NCBI GenBank assembly: GCA_963422265.1
Contig: OY729416.1
Span: 800,001-864,000 of the forward strand
Length of the DNA stretch: 64,000 bases
DNA from: Thermodesulfobacteriota bacterium
GTDB taxonomy: Bacteria > Desulfobacterota_D > UBA1144 > Nemesobacterales > UBA2774
Reading direction: 5' to 3'
The notes under the pieces are model-generated. The model was given only the letters and a program-made list of their open reading frames with translations, was not told where the DNA came from and made no database searches. A program made the position numbers and the translations under genes. Below, one piece after another: positions 30,157 to 40,803 of this stretch (its first letter is position 1; each line of letters starts with the position of its first letter).

Positions 30157-32682
30157 TTAAGATATACTTGCAAATTCAAGCAGGTTTTTCCATTTCCTAG
30201 AAACTTCTTTTAACAGTTCCGGATAATTACTAAGCCTTGGATCCTTCTTTACAACGTGGAAAGCGTCTTCTCTTGCCTCTCCGAGAATTTTCGTATCCCT
30301 CATTATATTGGCAAACTTAAACTCTGGAAGCCCAGACTGTTTCGTGCCGAGAAAATCTCCTGGTCCACGTATCGCCAGATCGGCTTCCGCTATCTCAAAA
30401 CCGTCTCTAGTCCGCTCCATCACCGACAATCGCCTCTCAGCATCTTCCGATCGCTGAAAACCGGAGAGCAGTACGCAATATGAATCATGCTTTCCTCTTC
30501 CGACACGCCCCCTCAACTGGTGAAGCTGTGTAAGACCAAACCTCTCGGCATTTTCGACCACCATTACGGTGGCATTAGGAACATCCACTCCAACCTCTAT
30601 AACAGTTGTAGATACAAGGATATCCAAATCATTCGAGATAAATTTTCTCATTACAATATCTTTTTCTTCAGGCTTCATTCTTCCGTGAAGAAGCCCTACC
30701 CTAAAATTGGGAAATATCTCATTCTGGAATCTCTCCGCCATTTGAGTGGCATCTTTCAAACCCTTAAAGTCAGAATTCTCAGATTCCTCTATCATGGGAT
30801 ATACTACGTATGCTTGCCTTCCCTTCTTTATCTCCCTTTCAACAAGACTATGAGCCCTTTCTCGTGCTCTTTTTTGGTCATAATAGACTTTTGTTCTTAT
30901 TTCTCTCCTCCCTGGCGGAAGTTCATCAAGCACCGAGACATCAAGGTCTCCATGGACGGTCAAGGCGAGCGTGCGAGGAATTGGGGTGGCAGTCATAACT
31001 AGAACGTCAGGTCTATTACCCTTGCCTATTAGCTCAGCCCTTTGCATCACCCCAAAACGGTGCTGTTCATCTATAACTACTAGCCCTAAGTTCTTGAAAT
31101 CAACTTTCTCTTGTATAAGAGCGTGTGTACCGACCGCAATTTGTGCTTGACCGTTACTAAGAGCTTTATAATAAGCCCCCTTCTCACTCTTAGAAAGGCT
31201 GCTTTTAAGAAAAACTATATGAAGCCGCATACCCTTTAAGTAATTGAAAATCGAGACCAGATGCTGCTCAGCTAGTATCTCCGTTGGAGCCATTAAAACG
31301 GCTTGGTATCCACTCTCCACTGCCTTTAAGATCGAAATAAGCGCAACTACAGTCTTACCACTTCCTACGTCTCCCTGCAGCATTCGGTTCATCGGAATTT
31401 CAGATCTCATATCTCGCTCTATCTCAGATATAACCCGTAATTGAGCCGAAGTTAGGTCAAAGGAGAACCTAGATAAGAGCTTCTTAGTCAAAACGCCTGA
31501 AGGGGAAAAGACAATTCCCTTCATCTGCGTAACGTCCCTCTTTTTAAGAGCAATACCAAGCTGCATTAAGAAAAGTTCACAGTAAGAAACGGTTTTATGC
31601 GGTAGAGACTCATACACCGAGCCCCTATCCGTAAACTCAACAACCTGATCCTGATCATCCGGAAAATGCACCCTCACAACTGCTTTCGCAAATTCCATAA
31701 CTTTTCTCTTAGACTTTATTTTCTCAGGAATGAAATTAGGTAGAGACTGAGAATAATCGTCCACGACCGACTTCATTATTTTCCTCATTCGCCTTTGTCC
31801 AATGCCCTCCGCAAGTGGGTAGACGGGAACTATGCGGTTAAAGTGCACGTTCTGTTCATCCAAACCTTCACCTTCCTCTATTACCTCAATATCTTCGGGT
31901 TTTGGATGTATGATCTGAAGCTCGTCGCGATACCCTAGTGTTACTTCTCCCGATAATATCACCGACAATCCCTTCTTATAAGTAGCCCTCAAGTATCTCT
32001 CACTAAACTGAAACCAAACGAGTTTAATAGTCCCAGTGCCATCAGATATGACAACTTGATACAAACTCCTTCTGCTAGTGCGCACCTTGTCCGAAACCAC
32101 TATCTGTCCTGAAATAGTCTCTCGCTCTCCCGGATGAAGCTGGGATATATTTCTTATCTTTCTTCTATCCTCATACCTTCTAGGAAAATAAAAAAGGGCT
32201 TCATAGACGCTTGCTACTCCCTTTTTCCTCAATACTTCAGCAATTCTGGGTCCCACGCCGCGAACATATTTAACGGGGATCTGTTCAATTTCTCTACCCT
32301 TCAACGTAGTCTTCTCGGCCTGTGGGGAGACCGCCCTTTGCTTCACATCACCACGCTCGGAGGCAGAGAGACTTTTATCAACTTGTTTAATGGCTGAAGA
32401 GCCGCAATCTTTTCTTAACTTAGCAACAGTAGCGAGAGAGTTCTCTATAAGCTCCTTCCTGCTCTCAGTATCAAGGCTCTCATAATGAGAAAACATGTCT
32501 CGTAAAGCCAGAAATTCCTCCTTATGGACATCAGAAGGCTGAAGCGATAAAGCCTTTAAAGTCAAATCATACACCAATTGATCAAGCGCCTTTACTTTGC
32601 CTATGTTAGAGAAATCCTTCCTTGAGGCAAACTTGAGAGGCTTCTCCAGCGCGTCTAATACTTCAATAAGCGGTTCTGACAT
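30157..32682 (-). CDS. recG: ATP-dependent DNA helicase RecG with an N-terminal extension
   Basis: QGDVGSGKT, DEQHRFG, MTATPIPRTL, QLHQLRGRVGRG, RGPGDFLGTKQSG. Confidence 0.97.
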   Translation of the reverse strand: MSEPLIEVLDALEKPLKFASRKDFSNIGKVKALDQLVYDLTLKALSLQPSDVHKEEFLALRDMFSHYESLDTESRKELIENSLATVAKLRKDCGSSAIKQVDKSLSASERGDVKQRAVSPQAEKTTLKGREIEQIPVKYVRGVGPRIAEVLRKKGVASVYEALFYFPRRYEDRRKIRNISQLHPGERETISGQIVVSDKVRTSRRSLYQVVISDGTGTIKLVWFQFSERYLRATYKKGLSVILSGEVTLGYRDELQIIHPKPEDIEVIEEGEGLDEQNVHFNRIVPVYPLAEGIGQRRMRKIMKSVVDDYSQSLPNFIPEKIKSKRKVMEFAKAVVRVHFPDDQDQVVEFTDRGSVYESLPHKTVSYCELFLMQLGIALKKRDVTQMKGIVFSPSGVLTKKLLSRFSFDLTSAQLRVISEIERDMRSEIPMNRMLQGDVGSGKTVVALISILKAVESGYQAVLMAPTEILAEQHLVSIFNYLKGMRLHIVFLKSSLSKSEKGAYYKALSNGQAQIAVGTHALIQEKVDFKNLGLVVIDEQHRFGVMQRAELIGKGNRPDVLVMTATPIPRTLALTVHGDLDVSVLDELPPGRREIRTKVYYDQKRARERAHSLVEREIKKGRQAYVVYPMIEESENSDFKGLKDATQMAERFQNEIFPNFRVGLLHGRMKPEEKDIVMRKFISNDLDILVSTTVIEVGVDVPNATVMVVENAERFGLTQLHQLRGRVGRGKHDSYCVLLSGFQRSEDAERRLSVMERTRDGFEIAEADLAIRGPGDFLGTKQSGLPEFKFANIMRDTKILGEAREDAFHVVKKDPRLSNYPELLKEVSRKWKNLLEFASIS

Positions 32683-32897
32683 TCACTAAGGGTTTACACG
32701 ATGATTTTAAGTTATTAGTTAGATAGAAAATCTACACATACTCTGACCAATTATCACATTAGATATAATGTTAATATATTTACGTTAATCCTTCCAAATT
32801 TCCCTGTCCGCCTTCGTTCCGCTTGCTAGTTGAGCAGGTACAAGCAGGTTTGAAGTCCTTATTCCTCTGCGTGATACTAGATTGTGAATCTTTCTTG

Positions 32898-32975
32898 TGG
32901 TCGGGGTGGCCGGACTTGAACCGGCGGCCTCTGCGTCCCGAACGCAACGCTCTAGCCAATCTGAGCTACACCCCG
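32898..32975 (-). tRNA. tRNA-Pro (anticodon CGG)
   Basis: Reverse complement CGGGGTGTAGCTCAGATTGGCTAGAGCG-TTGCG-TTCGGGA-CGCAG-AGGCCGCCGGTTCAAGTCCGGCCACCCCGACCA: cloverleaf with T-loop and encoded CCA. Confidence 0.96.
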
Positions 32976-33058
32976 CCGATGCTTAATCTACTTATAATCT
33001 CAATCGGTCGCAAGCAATTGCCAACAATAAACATTATTGATTATTATAATAGGCGACT

Positions 33059-33856
33059 ATGAAGCTAAAAGAGCTTGGGAACACGGGAATTATGATTCCC
33101 GAAATAGGGCTTGGAACGTGGAGATATAAAGGCGGGGTGGAGCCTCTGAGGAAGGGAATAGAGCTTGGGGCTTCGTTAATCGACACGGCTGAGGGATACT
33201 ATACCGAAGACGTTGTCGGCGAGGCAATCAAGGGAACACGCGAAAAAGTATTTATAGCCACAAAGGTATCGGGCAGACATTTAAGCTACGATGGCGTGCT
33301 AAGAGCCGCGGAAGACAGCCTACGCAAGCTGGAGATGGATTACATTGATCTTTACCAAGTCCACTGGCCTAACCCATCCTACCCTTTAAGAGAAACAATG
33401 CGCGCTATGGGAGAACTTGCTGATAGAGGCATAGTGAGATTCATAGGGGTAAGCAATTTCGACGTTGACGAGCTTGAGGAGGCACAGTCTTACCTTCACA
33501 ACCACCCTATAGCTTCCAACCAAGTCTTATATAACCTAAACAGAAGAGAGATTGAAATAGACCTAATCCCTTACTGTGAAGAGCGAGGAATCTCCATACT
33601 TGCCTATACACCGCTTGACGATGGAAAACTAGCCAGGAACCCTGCGACAAACAAAAGGATGAGAGTATTAAAAGACATAGCCAAAGAGATAGGAAAAACT
33701 ATGGGGCAAGCCGCATTAAACTGGTGCACGTCACAAGAAAGAGTAATTGCAATTCCTAAATCAGACAGCGTGTCTAGAACAATAGAAAATTGTGGCTCCT
33801 CAGGCTGGCGATTATCGGAAGACCAAATAAAAAGGCTGGAAGAGGCTTTTTCCTGA
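33059..33856 (+). CDS. Aldo/keto reductase
   Basis: GLGTW, IDTAEGY, IATKV, DYIDLYQVHWP, IGVSNF, AIPKS. Confidence 0.94.
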   Translation: MKLKELGNTGIMIPEIGLGTWRYKGGVEPLRKGIELGASLIDTAEGYYTEDVVGEAIKGTREKVFIATKVSGRHLSYDGVLRAAEDSLRKLEMDYIDLYQVHWPNPSYPLRETMRAMGELADRGIVRFIGVSNFDVDELEEAQSYLHNHPIASNQVLYNLNRREIEIDLIPYCEERGISILAYTPLDDGKLARNPATNKRMRVLKDIAKEIGKTMGQAALNWCTSQERVIAIPKSDSVSRTIENCGSSGWRLSEDQIKRLEEAFS

Positions 33857-33875
33857 AGCCTGCCTAACTACCACT

Positions 33876-34103
33876 TTACAAAGCTTGTTGATAAGAAACG
33901 TATTCAGCAACGCTCGCCGGTTGCGGTATAGGGTGGCTGGCTTCCTTCAAGCCTTCTATATGAAGCTCAACGGCTTCAGCCATGAGTCGCCTAGTTCTCT
34001 CTAACGTGTCCGCAGCAGCTACGCATCCTGGAAGGTCAGGAGCGTATGCGCTAAAACCATTATCAGCCTTCTCAATTATTATTAGATATTGCATTTGTTT
34101 CAC
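33876..34103 (-). CDS. hicB: HicB-family antitoxin (short, no DNA-binding domain seen)
   Basis: FSAYAPDLPGC..., EAVELHIEGL...PIPQP; GTGA overlap with hicA. Confidence 0.88.
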   Translation of the reverse strand: MKQMQYLIIIEKADNGFSAYAPDLPGCVAAADTLERTRRLMAEAVELHIEGLKEASHPIPQPASVAEYVSYQQAL

Positions 34104-34297
34104 CTATTCTTCCTTAATCCTGCTTGCTTAAACACACTATGCTCTGTTCCCCTTTTCACGTCCTGCCCTAGATTCCCAGATACCGTTACTACACCAGGCT
34201 TAAATGGATGCCTGTATTGCCTATGCCCCGTTCCCTTGTATCTGCATAAATACCATCCATCACTTTCAATAACCTTTATTATTTCTCTAACCTTCAT
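34100..34297 (-). CDS. hicA: HicA-family toxin (mRNA interferase)
   Basis: MKVREIIKVIESDGW...GHRQYRHP.KPG.VTV...GT..SVFKQAGL. Confidence 0.88.
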   Translation of the reverse strand: MKVREIIKVIESDGWYLCRYKGTGHRQYRHPFKPGVVTVSGNLGQDVKRGTEHSVFKQAGLRKNR

Positions 34298-34300
34298 TTA

Positions 34301-34332
34301 GATCAAATACCACAACGATCAAATACCACAAC
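34301..34332. repeat. Perfect 16-bp tandem duplication (GATCAAATACCACAAC x2)
   Basis: Read directly; ends 3 nt upstream of the hicA ATG. Confidence 0.9.
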
Positions 34333-34554
34333 AATAAAACATTATATACAGATTAAGCTCTGTACACCACCAATCTATATTAACTTGTTCGAAATACTAA
34401 GCTGTTTGCAGTTTATCATAGCAAATATTTATTAAAATTATTGCAGAAGTGGGTGTAAATTGTAAAATATGGGTTGATGTTCTTCAACATTGAAGGGTTT
34501 TAGAGTTGTTAGCTCTTAACAAAACTCCAGTCTAGGATAAATCAAAGGTTATTC

Positions 34555-36384
34555 ATGCCAAACAATAGCTCAATAGATAAGATGAATTGGGATCTCTGTA
34601 CCTACTTCCCCGAGTTTAACGGGTCAGAGATGATACGGTTCAAGAAGATTCTTAAGGAAGATATAGAATCTATTAAGAAGGAAGCGTCTTCTCTCTCGCC
34701 TATCAACGATGAAAACATTCAGAAGTGGCAAAGCGTCTTCTTAAAAAACGAAGATATAATAGTGCGTTATTCACATCTACGATCTTATGTAGGATGTCTG
34801 GCTTCCGCTGACGGACTAAATGAAGATTTCTTAAAAGAAGAGGCTGAAATGTCCGCTCTGGGAGCAGAGCGCTCAAAACTCAACGTGGAGCTTATGAGAT
34901 CCTTAAAGGACGTAGAAGATGAAACGTTTGATAAATTTAAGGCGTGTGACGGTTTAGAAGGCGCCTCTTATTATCTGAGCAGGCTCCGTGAAGAATCACA
35001 AAAAAGGATGAGCACAGATAAGGAAATACTAGCCGCGGACCTGAGCATAGATGGAATAAGCGCATGGGGACGCCTTTACGACACCGTATCAAGCAAGCTT
35101 GAGTTTAATATGCAATACCCCGATGGAAGCGTTAAAAGACTTCCTATCTCTCAAAGACGCTCACTTATGGAAAAACCCGATAGGAAGATGCGAAAGGCAG
35201 CTTTTGACGGGGGAAATGAGGCATGGCGAAGCATAGAGGACGTAGCTGCTAGCGCCCTCAATGCCATCGCTGGCACGCGGCTTACCTTGAATCGTTACCG
35301 CGGGATTGACCATTTTCTTGATGAGGCTCTTTTTCAGTCTTCAATAAGCAAAAAAACGTTGGACTCTATGTTCGAAGCCATTTACTCCGAGCTAGAACTG
35401 CCTAAAAACATACTAAGGCTTAAGGCAGAAACAATGGGCAGAAAAGACGTTGCTTGGTATGATCTCGGGGCGCCACTTAATCTGAAAACTGAAGGACAAA
35501 GGCTCAACTGGGACAAAGCCAAAACCCTAGTAAAAAATTCCTTCTCGTTATCTTACCCAAAGCTAGGGAACTTCGTAAAAACGGCTTATGACAAAAAGTG
35601 GATAGATTGGGAACCACGGGGAGGGAAAAGACCCGGCGGCTTCTGCACGGGCTCGATGCTTACTAAGGAGTCGAGAATTTTTATGACTTACAACGAAACT
35701 ATCGGGGACGTGCTAACTCTAGCACATGAAGCGGGGCATGCTTTTCATAGTTACACAATGAGCAATATTCGTCCCTACGCGCACTTCTATCCGATGACGC
35801 TTGCGGAGTCCGCCTCTACGTTTGGGGAAATGATCTTAGCGGAAGGAATTCTTAAAGACCCCTCCGTAGATGATACTGAAAAAGCACTTATGCTTGACGC
35901 AGAAATCAATCATGGGGCAATATATCTGATGGATATACCTGTCCGATACGAATTTGAGAAAGCTTTTTATGAAGAACGACAGAACGGAGAGGTAAGCATC
36001 CGCCGTCTTAAAGAGCTGATGATGGAAACGCAGCGACGGATTTTCGGAGACTTGTTAGAGACGGGGGGTGAAGACCCATATTTTTGGGCTTCAAAGCTAC
36101 ACTTTTATATTACAGGAATTACTTTTTACAACTTTCCCTACACCTTTGGATACCTTCTGAGCCGTGGACTTTTCGCCATGCTTAAAAGAGAAGGAAAGAA
36201 ATTCCTGCCGAGATACGAAAATTTTTTATGCCTAACCGGCTCTGATACGGCAGAGAACGTCGCTAGAAAGAGTATATGCTGCAAAATAGATTCACCTGAG
36301 TTCTGGATTGAATCTATAAGAACCCTAGAAGAGCCAATGAAGAAGTTCAAAGCTCTATTACCTAAACTTTGTCTCAAAAAGTAG
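34555..36384 (+). CDS. M3B oligoendopeptidase (PepF-like)
   Basis: WDL N-terminus, GKRPGGFC, HEAGH zinc motif, LAESAS, FYNFPYTFG. Confidence 0.92.
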   Translation: MPNNSSIDKMNWDLCTYFPEFNGSEMIRFKKILKEDIESIKKEASSLSPINDENIQKWQSVFLKNEDIIVRYSHLRSYVGCLASADGLNEDFLKEEAEMSALGAERSKLNVELMRSLKDVEDETFDKFKACDGLEGASYYLSRLREESQKRMSTDKEILAADLSIDGISAWGRLYDTVSSKLEFNMQYPDGSVKRLPISQRRSLMEKPDRKMRKAAFDGGNEAWRSIEDVAASALNAIAGTRLTLNRYRGIDHFLDEALFQSSISKKTLDSMFEAIYSELELPKNILRLKAETMGRKDVAWYDLGAPLNLKTEGQRLNWDKAKTLVKNSFSLSYPKLGNFVKTAYDKKWIDWEPRGGKRPGGFCTGSMLTKESRIFMTYNETIGDVLTLAHEAGHAFHSYTMSNIRPYAHFYPMTLAESASTFGEMILAEGILKDPSVDDTEKALMLDAEINHGAIYLMDIPVRYEFEKAFYEERQNGEVSIRRLKELMMETQRRIFGDLLETGGEDPYFWASKLHFYITGITFYNFPYTFGYLLSRGLFAMLKREGKKFLPRYENFLCLTGSDTAENVARKSICCKIDSPEFWIESIRTLEEPMKKFKALLPKLCLKK

Positions 36385-37315
36385 TAAGTGGAGACACAAT
36401 AGCATGTCTAGGATCTATCGCCATATCGAAGATTAGCGACGCCATAACTACAAGCATATAAATTATAGAAACGCCAAAGGCTCTACCATAACACGAACTT
36501 GTTACGGCACTTCGCACAATTACATACAAGAAATACGCACCGGACAGGATAACGAAAACAGCGTAATACGAAGAGCAATATCCCAAAAACCAGATAGATA
36601 GAGAAAGAGGAAGCAGAGAAATTGAATAAATCATTATCATTATGTTAGTGTACTTGGCGCCCAGCGCAACGGGCATTACTGGCACGCCAGCCTTTTTATA
36701 ATCAAGTCTATATTTTTGGGCGAGCGCCCAGAAATGAGGGGGTTGCCAAAGCATCATAAAGCTAAAAAGAATATATCCGTCAAGACCTACGTGAGGTTTT
36801 ACCGAAGCATAGCCGATTAGAATGGGAAGCGCTCCGGGTAATCCCCCTAGTATCGTTCCGTAGGGCGAACTCCTTTTAAGATACAAGGTGTAAAGGAGCG
36901 TGTAGCCTAGTATCGCGGCTATTATGAGCAGGGCGCTTACAACGGTCAAATAATAAAACGATATAAACAACGATACCGCTATGAATACCATGGCGATAAA
37001 AATCGCCGTCCTTGTGCCAACAACCTCAAGGGCGCGGGCGCGCTTGCTCAACCTATTCATAAGCAGATCAATCCGCTTGTCTAAAATATTATTCAGAATT
37101 GCCGAGCCTGCAGCGCTCAGAAGTAAAGATACTAAGGTAAGCAGTATCAAGTTAATAGAAGGAAACCCTTTATGTGCTAAGACCATCCCAGCAAAACCAG
37201 TAAAAACAACACTTAAGATAATGCCCGGCTTTGAAAGAAGAATAGTTGAAACGACTATCTCCCGACTACTAAATTCTGGGATAACCTTTGCAGAGGGTTT
37301 ATCTACCTGCTCCAT
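36374..37315 (-). CDS. ctaB: Protoheme IX farnesyltransferase (heme O synthase)
   Basis: KPGI, D.RID..M.R, YTLYLKR, WQPPHFWALA, DYKKAGVPVMP. Confidence 0.93.
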   Translation of the reverse strand: MEQVDKPSAKVIPEFSSREIVVSTILLSKPGIILSVVFTGFAGMVLAHKGFPSINLILLTLVSLLLSAAGSAILNNILDKRIDLLMNRLSKRARALEVVGTRTAIFIAMVFIAVSLFISFYYLTVVSALLIIAAILGYTLLYTLYLKRSSPYGTILGGLPGALPILIGYASVKPHVGLDGYILFSFMMLWQPPHFWALAQKYRLDYKKAGVPVMPVALGAKYTNIMIMIYSISLLPLSLSIWFLGYCSSYYAVFVILSGAYFLYVIVRSAVTSSCYGRAFGVSIIYMLVVMASLIFDMAIDPRHAIVSPLTTF

Positions 37316-37348
37316 AGCACGCTCACTTATCTAACCAAGTTTATAAAA

Positions 37349-38203
37349 TTATACTTGACTTTCCTTCATACACCGACACCACATATATAAAGTAATTGAT
37401 AGGATCAGAAGAGCTACGGAAAGGTGCAATGCCGTAACCAAGAAATGAAGTTTAGCATATACGACCCCGGCTCCGAGTAAAATTTGAAGCGCTATAAAAC
37501 CGACAAGCATATATAATCTAGTGCGCTCTCCCTTGATCGGTTGGGATAGATAGGAAATGATCAGTAGTAAGATCGCAAAGAACGTAATGACATAAGCCAA
37601 TACCCTGTGGGCAAAATGATTAAATATAATTCCCGTAAGCTCGGGAGGTATTAGGTACCCGAGGCAAGTTGGAAAATCGGGACAGGCAAGACCAGAACCC
37701 GAATGCCTGACGTATGCCCCTAAAACTAGCTGGGTAAAAACTAGGACTGCTAAAAAGAAAAAAACGCCCTTATAGCCTGAAATACTAAACGTAGGCTTAT
37801 TTAGCTTGCCGTCAAATAGGTTAAGGTATAATGTGGCGGCGAAAATGATCATAGCGTTGGCAAAATGATAAGTCGTAAGATCTACCGGAAGCTCTTGTAA
37901 CACGACTATGCCACCCAAAATGATTTGGATTAAAAGAAGTAATACGGTTAAGATGGGAAGCAACTTGGCAATGCCTCTATAGACTCGAAACCTTTTATAG
38001 GCAAACACTATAAGAAAAATAGAAGTAATGGCGCCTATAACGCGGTGCATAAACTCCATATAAACGTCCCATCTGAAAGGAGGGATCAGCTTGCCATGGC
38101 AAAGCGGCCAGTCTGGACAGGCGAGACCAGCCTTCAAACCTGCTACCAGATTTCCCCAAACTAGCAAGATAAAAAGTAAAGTAAGGGCAACTTTGCCAAG
38201 CAT
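37349..38203 (-). CDS. ctaA: Heme A synthase (COX15/CtaA, Cys-pair type)
   Basis: GLACPDWPLC, EFMHR, GLACPDFPTC, HFAHR. Confidence 0.92.
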   Translation of the reverse strand: MLGKVALTLLFILLVWGNLVAGLKAGLACPDWPLCHGKLIPPFRWDVYMEFMHRVIGAITSIFLIVFAYKRFRVYRGIAKLLPILTVLLLLIQIILGGIVVLQELPVDLTTYHFANAMIIFAATLYLNLFDGKLNKPTFSISGYKGVFFFLAVLVFTQLVLGAYVRHSGSGLACPDFPTCLGYLIPPELTGIIFNHFAHRVLAYVITFFAILLLIISYLSQPIKGERTRLYMLVGFIALQILLGAGVVYAKLHFLVTALHLSVALLILSITLYMWCRCMKESQV

Positions 38204-38213
38204 GTGATATAGG

Positions 38214-38516
38214 TTAAGGCGTAACTCTCGTAAAAGTATCTAGTATAAGCATGCCTATTAGCAGAAATAGAAGAATTAACGGAAAGATCGCAAAACCCCA
38301 TGTAACCCCATCTTCAAATTTAAGGTGCATAAAGAAAAGAGCCACTATAGAGGCTTTGACAGAGGCAACCCCCATCGCAATCACGATGTTAAACATACCA
38401 AAATCTATATACGACACGTAAACCGTTATAAACGTAAGTGCCATGAGCACTATCCATACAACAGCATAAGCCTTATAACTAGTAACATGACGCTCTAGAT
38501 TATGATGCGTGCTCAT
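38214..38516 (-). CDS. ctaF: Cytochrome c oxidase subunit IV (caa3 type)
   Basis: Three TM segments, KASIVALFFMHLK. Confidence 0.88.
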   Translation of the reverse strand: MSTHHNLERHVTSYKAYAVVWIVLMALTFITVYVSYIDFGMFNIVIAMGVASVKASIVALFFMHLKFEDGVTWGFAIFPLILLFLLIGMLILDTFTRVTP

Positions 38517-38530
38517 TTTTCAATCCTCCG

Positions 38531-39136
38531 TTATCCTATCAAATAAAGTAATGGGAAGAGATAAATCCATATTAGGTCAACTAAATGCCAGTAAAGCCCC
38601 CCCATCTCTACGGGCGTGTTGTAACTTGCGTTAAACTTCCCCTTCATATTTAAGGCTAATATAACGGCGAGAAGAACGATACCGATGAAAACATGGAGCA
38701 TGTGGAGACCCGTCATTAGAAAATAAAGAGAAAAGAATATGCTCGTATCAGGATAAATGTGATGTGAGAATTTAGCACCGTATTCAAAATACTTAACTAC
38801 CCCAAAGGCTAATCCACAGAGGATAGTAATGCCTAGAAAAATAGACGTTAGCCTCTGCTTGCTTTTTTGTATCGCCGTAACAGCGATAGCCATGGTTAAA
38901 CTGCTGAAAATTAAAACACAAGTATTTATTGCACCCATTTCGCGGTTAAGCTCCAGATGTTGTTCCATAAACATCTCAGGATACTTAGCGCGAAATATAG
39001 CATAGGCAGCGAAAAGACCACCGAAGAGTATAATTTCTGTCCCTAGAAACAACCACATACCGAGTTTAGATACGCTATACGCGGTATCGGGATCCATGTG
39101 AAGACCGTGAGAATGTTCCACGTTCGCCTGTTCCAT
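38531..39136 (-). CDS. ctaE: Cytochrome c oxidase subunit III
   Basis: GMWLFLGTE, NT.VLI.SS, TGLHMLHV, LYWHLVD; ATG 39136 overlaps the subunit I TAA (TAATG), so the ORF-track start at 39205 is likely too far upstream. Confidence 0.93.
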   Translation of the reverse strand: MEQANVEHSHGLHMDPDTAYSVSKLGMWLFLGTEIILFGGLFAAYAIFRAKYPEMFMEQHLELNREMGAINTCVLIFSSLTMAIAVTAIQKSKQRLTSIFLGITILCGLAFGVVKYFEYGAKFSHHIYPDTSIFFSLYFLMTGLHMLHVFIGIVLLAVILALNMKGKFNASYNTPVEMGGLYWHLVDLIWIYLFPLLYLIG

Positions 39137-40776
39137 TAGCTTAAACCTCCACTTCCTTGCCCTGTTTGCACGGGGACCTGCTTTTTCCCGTAACCATAAG
39201 TCCATTCGGTCACTTGCGGTATCTTATCAAAGTTCTCAAGGGGCGGAGGGGAAGGCACTTGCCACTCTAAGGAAAGAGAGCCGTAAGGGTTTTGCGATGC
39301 CTTCTCTCCTTTAAACAATCCTGATATTAAATTTATAAGCATAATTAGAATGCCCAGACCCAATATCCAAGAACCAAAAGTAGATAGAGACATAAGAGGC
39401 TCAAATTCTTCTGGATAAGTCGCGTATCTCCTAGGCATCCCCTGAACTCCAAGGAAAAACTGAGGGAAGAAAGTAACGTTGAAGCCGACAAAGACCAGAA
39501 ACCACGACAGCTTAGCGACGGACTCGTTGAACATCCTGCCAAACCACTTAGGGTACCAAAAGTGAAGAGCTCCGAAGAACCCCATTACCGTGCCGCCGAT
39601 CATCACGTAGTGCATGTGCGCAACTACAAAATAAGTATCGTGAAGGTGTATATCAGCCGCTAGCGCACCCAGGAAAAGCCCCGTTAGCCCTCCTATGGTA
39701 AAGAGAAAAACGAATCCCAAGGCGTAAAGCATAGCAGAGTGAAGTTGTATAGAGCCTTTGTAAAGAGTAGCTACCCAGTTAAAGACTTTGATCGCCGTAG
39801 GTATAGCGACAAGAAACGTCAGGAACGAAAATATGGTAGCGGCGAGTTCAGAAATACCGCTAGTAAACATGTGGTGCGCCCATACTAAAAAGCTAATAAA
39901 AGCAATACCTAAACTTGAATATGCAATCGCCCTGTAACCAAATATCGGCTTCCTTGCAAAAACTGGTATGATCTCGGATATTACACCCATCGCAGGAATA
40001 ATCATTATATATACGGCTGGGTGAGAGTAAAACCAAAAGAAGTTCTGAAAGAGCACTGGATCTCCGCCCTTCGCCGGGTCAAAAAAGCCGATGCCCAAAG
40101 TCCTCTCGGCTATCAAGAGCAAGAGCGTAATACCAACAACGGGAGTTGCCAGCAACTGAAGCACCGCCGTCGCGTAAGAAGCCCATATAAAAAGCGGCAG
40201 CCTATGCCAAGTCATACCCGGCGCCCTCATCTTGTGAATAGTAACGATAAAATTAAGTCCAGTAAGGATCGAAGAAAAACCTAAAACGAACACCCCGAAC
40301 GTCATTAATATGACGTCCGTGCCGGTAGTAGCGCTATATGGCGTGTAAAAAGTCCACCCCGTATCGGCAGGCTGTAAAAGCGCTATTAGCAAAATTAGCG
40401 TTCCGAGCAAGTAAATCCAGTAACTCCCTAGGTTAAGCTTTGGGAAAGCGACGTCAGGAGCGCCAATCATAAGGGGTATAAGAAAGTTACCGAAACTTGC
40501 TGCAAGACCCGGAACGATAAAGAAGAAAACCATAACCGAACCGTGCAAGGTAAACAAAACGTTATAAGTATGGGGACTTACAAAATCCGCATTATGAGTC
40601 AGAAGCTCAAACCTCATAAGGAGCGCAATAACGCCAGCAATCAGGAAAAAAATGGATATTGATACGAGATACAAAATACCTATGCGCTTATGGTCGGTAG
40701 TCAAAAGCCATGACCAAATTCCCTTCTTTTCCAGAAATGGGATATAAGCATTCGCGGCAATAGTGCTATCTGCCAT
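39136..40776 (-). CDS. ctaD: Cytochrome c oxidase subunit I (A2-type)
   Basis: [43 protein letters not shown]. Confidence 0.97.
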   Translation of the reverse strand: MADSTIAANAYIPFLEKKGIWSWLLTTDHKRIGILYLVSISIFFLIAGVIALLMRFELLTHNADFVSPHTYNVLFTLHGSVMVFFFIVPGLAASFGNFLIPLMIGAPDVAFPKLNLGSYWIYLLGTLILLIALLQPADTGWTFYTPYSATTGTDVILMTFGVFVLGFSSILTGLNFIVTIHKMRAPGMTWHRLPLFIWASYATAVLQLLATPVVGITLLLLIAERTLGIGFFDPAKGGDPVLFQNFFWFYSHPAVYIMIIPAMGVISEIIPVFARKPIFGYRAIAYSSLGIAFISFLVWAHHMFTSGISELAATIFSFLTFLVAIPTAIKVFNWVATLYKGSIQLHSAMLYALGFVFLFTIGGLTGLFLGALAADIHLHDTYFVVAHMHYVMIGGTVMGFFGALHFWYPKWFGRMFNESVAKLSWFLVFVGFNVTFFPQFFLGVQGMPRRYATYPEEFEPLMSLSTFGSWILGLGILIMLINLISGLFKGEKASQNPYGSLSLEWQVPSPPPLENFDKIPQVTEWTYGYGKKQVPVQTGQGSGGLS

Positions 40777-40803
40777 TAAGTTGCCCTCCTTAAACCCTAA
40801 ACT

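Noticed and set aside
32898-34400. Integrative element at tRNA-Pro carrying AKR and hicAB
   Set aside because: These genes lie on the tRNA 5' side; no integrase and no duplicated tRNA 3' end (att) were found.
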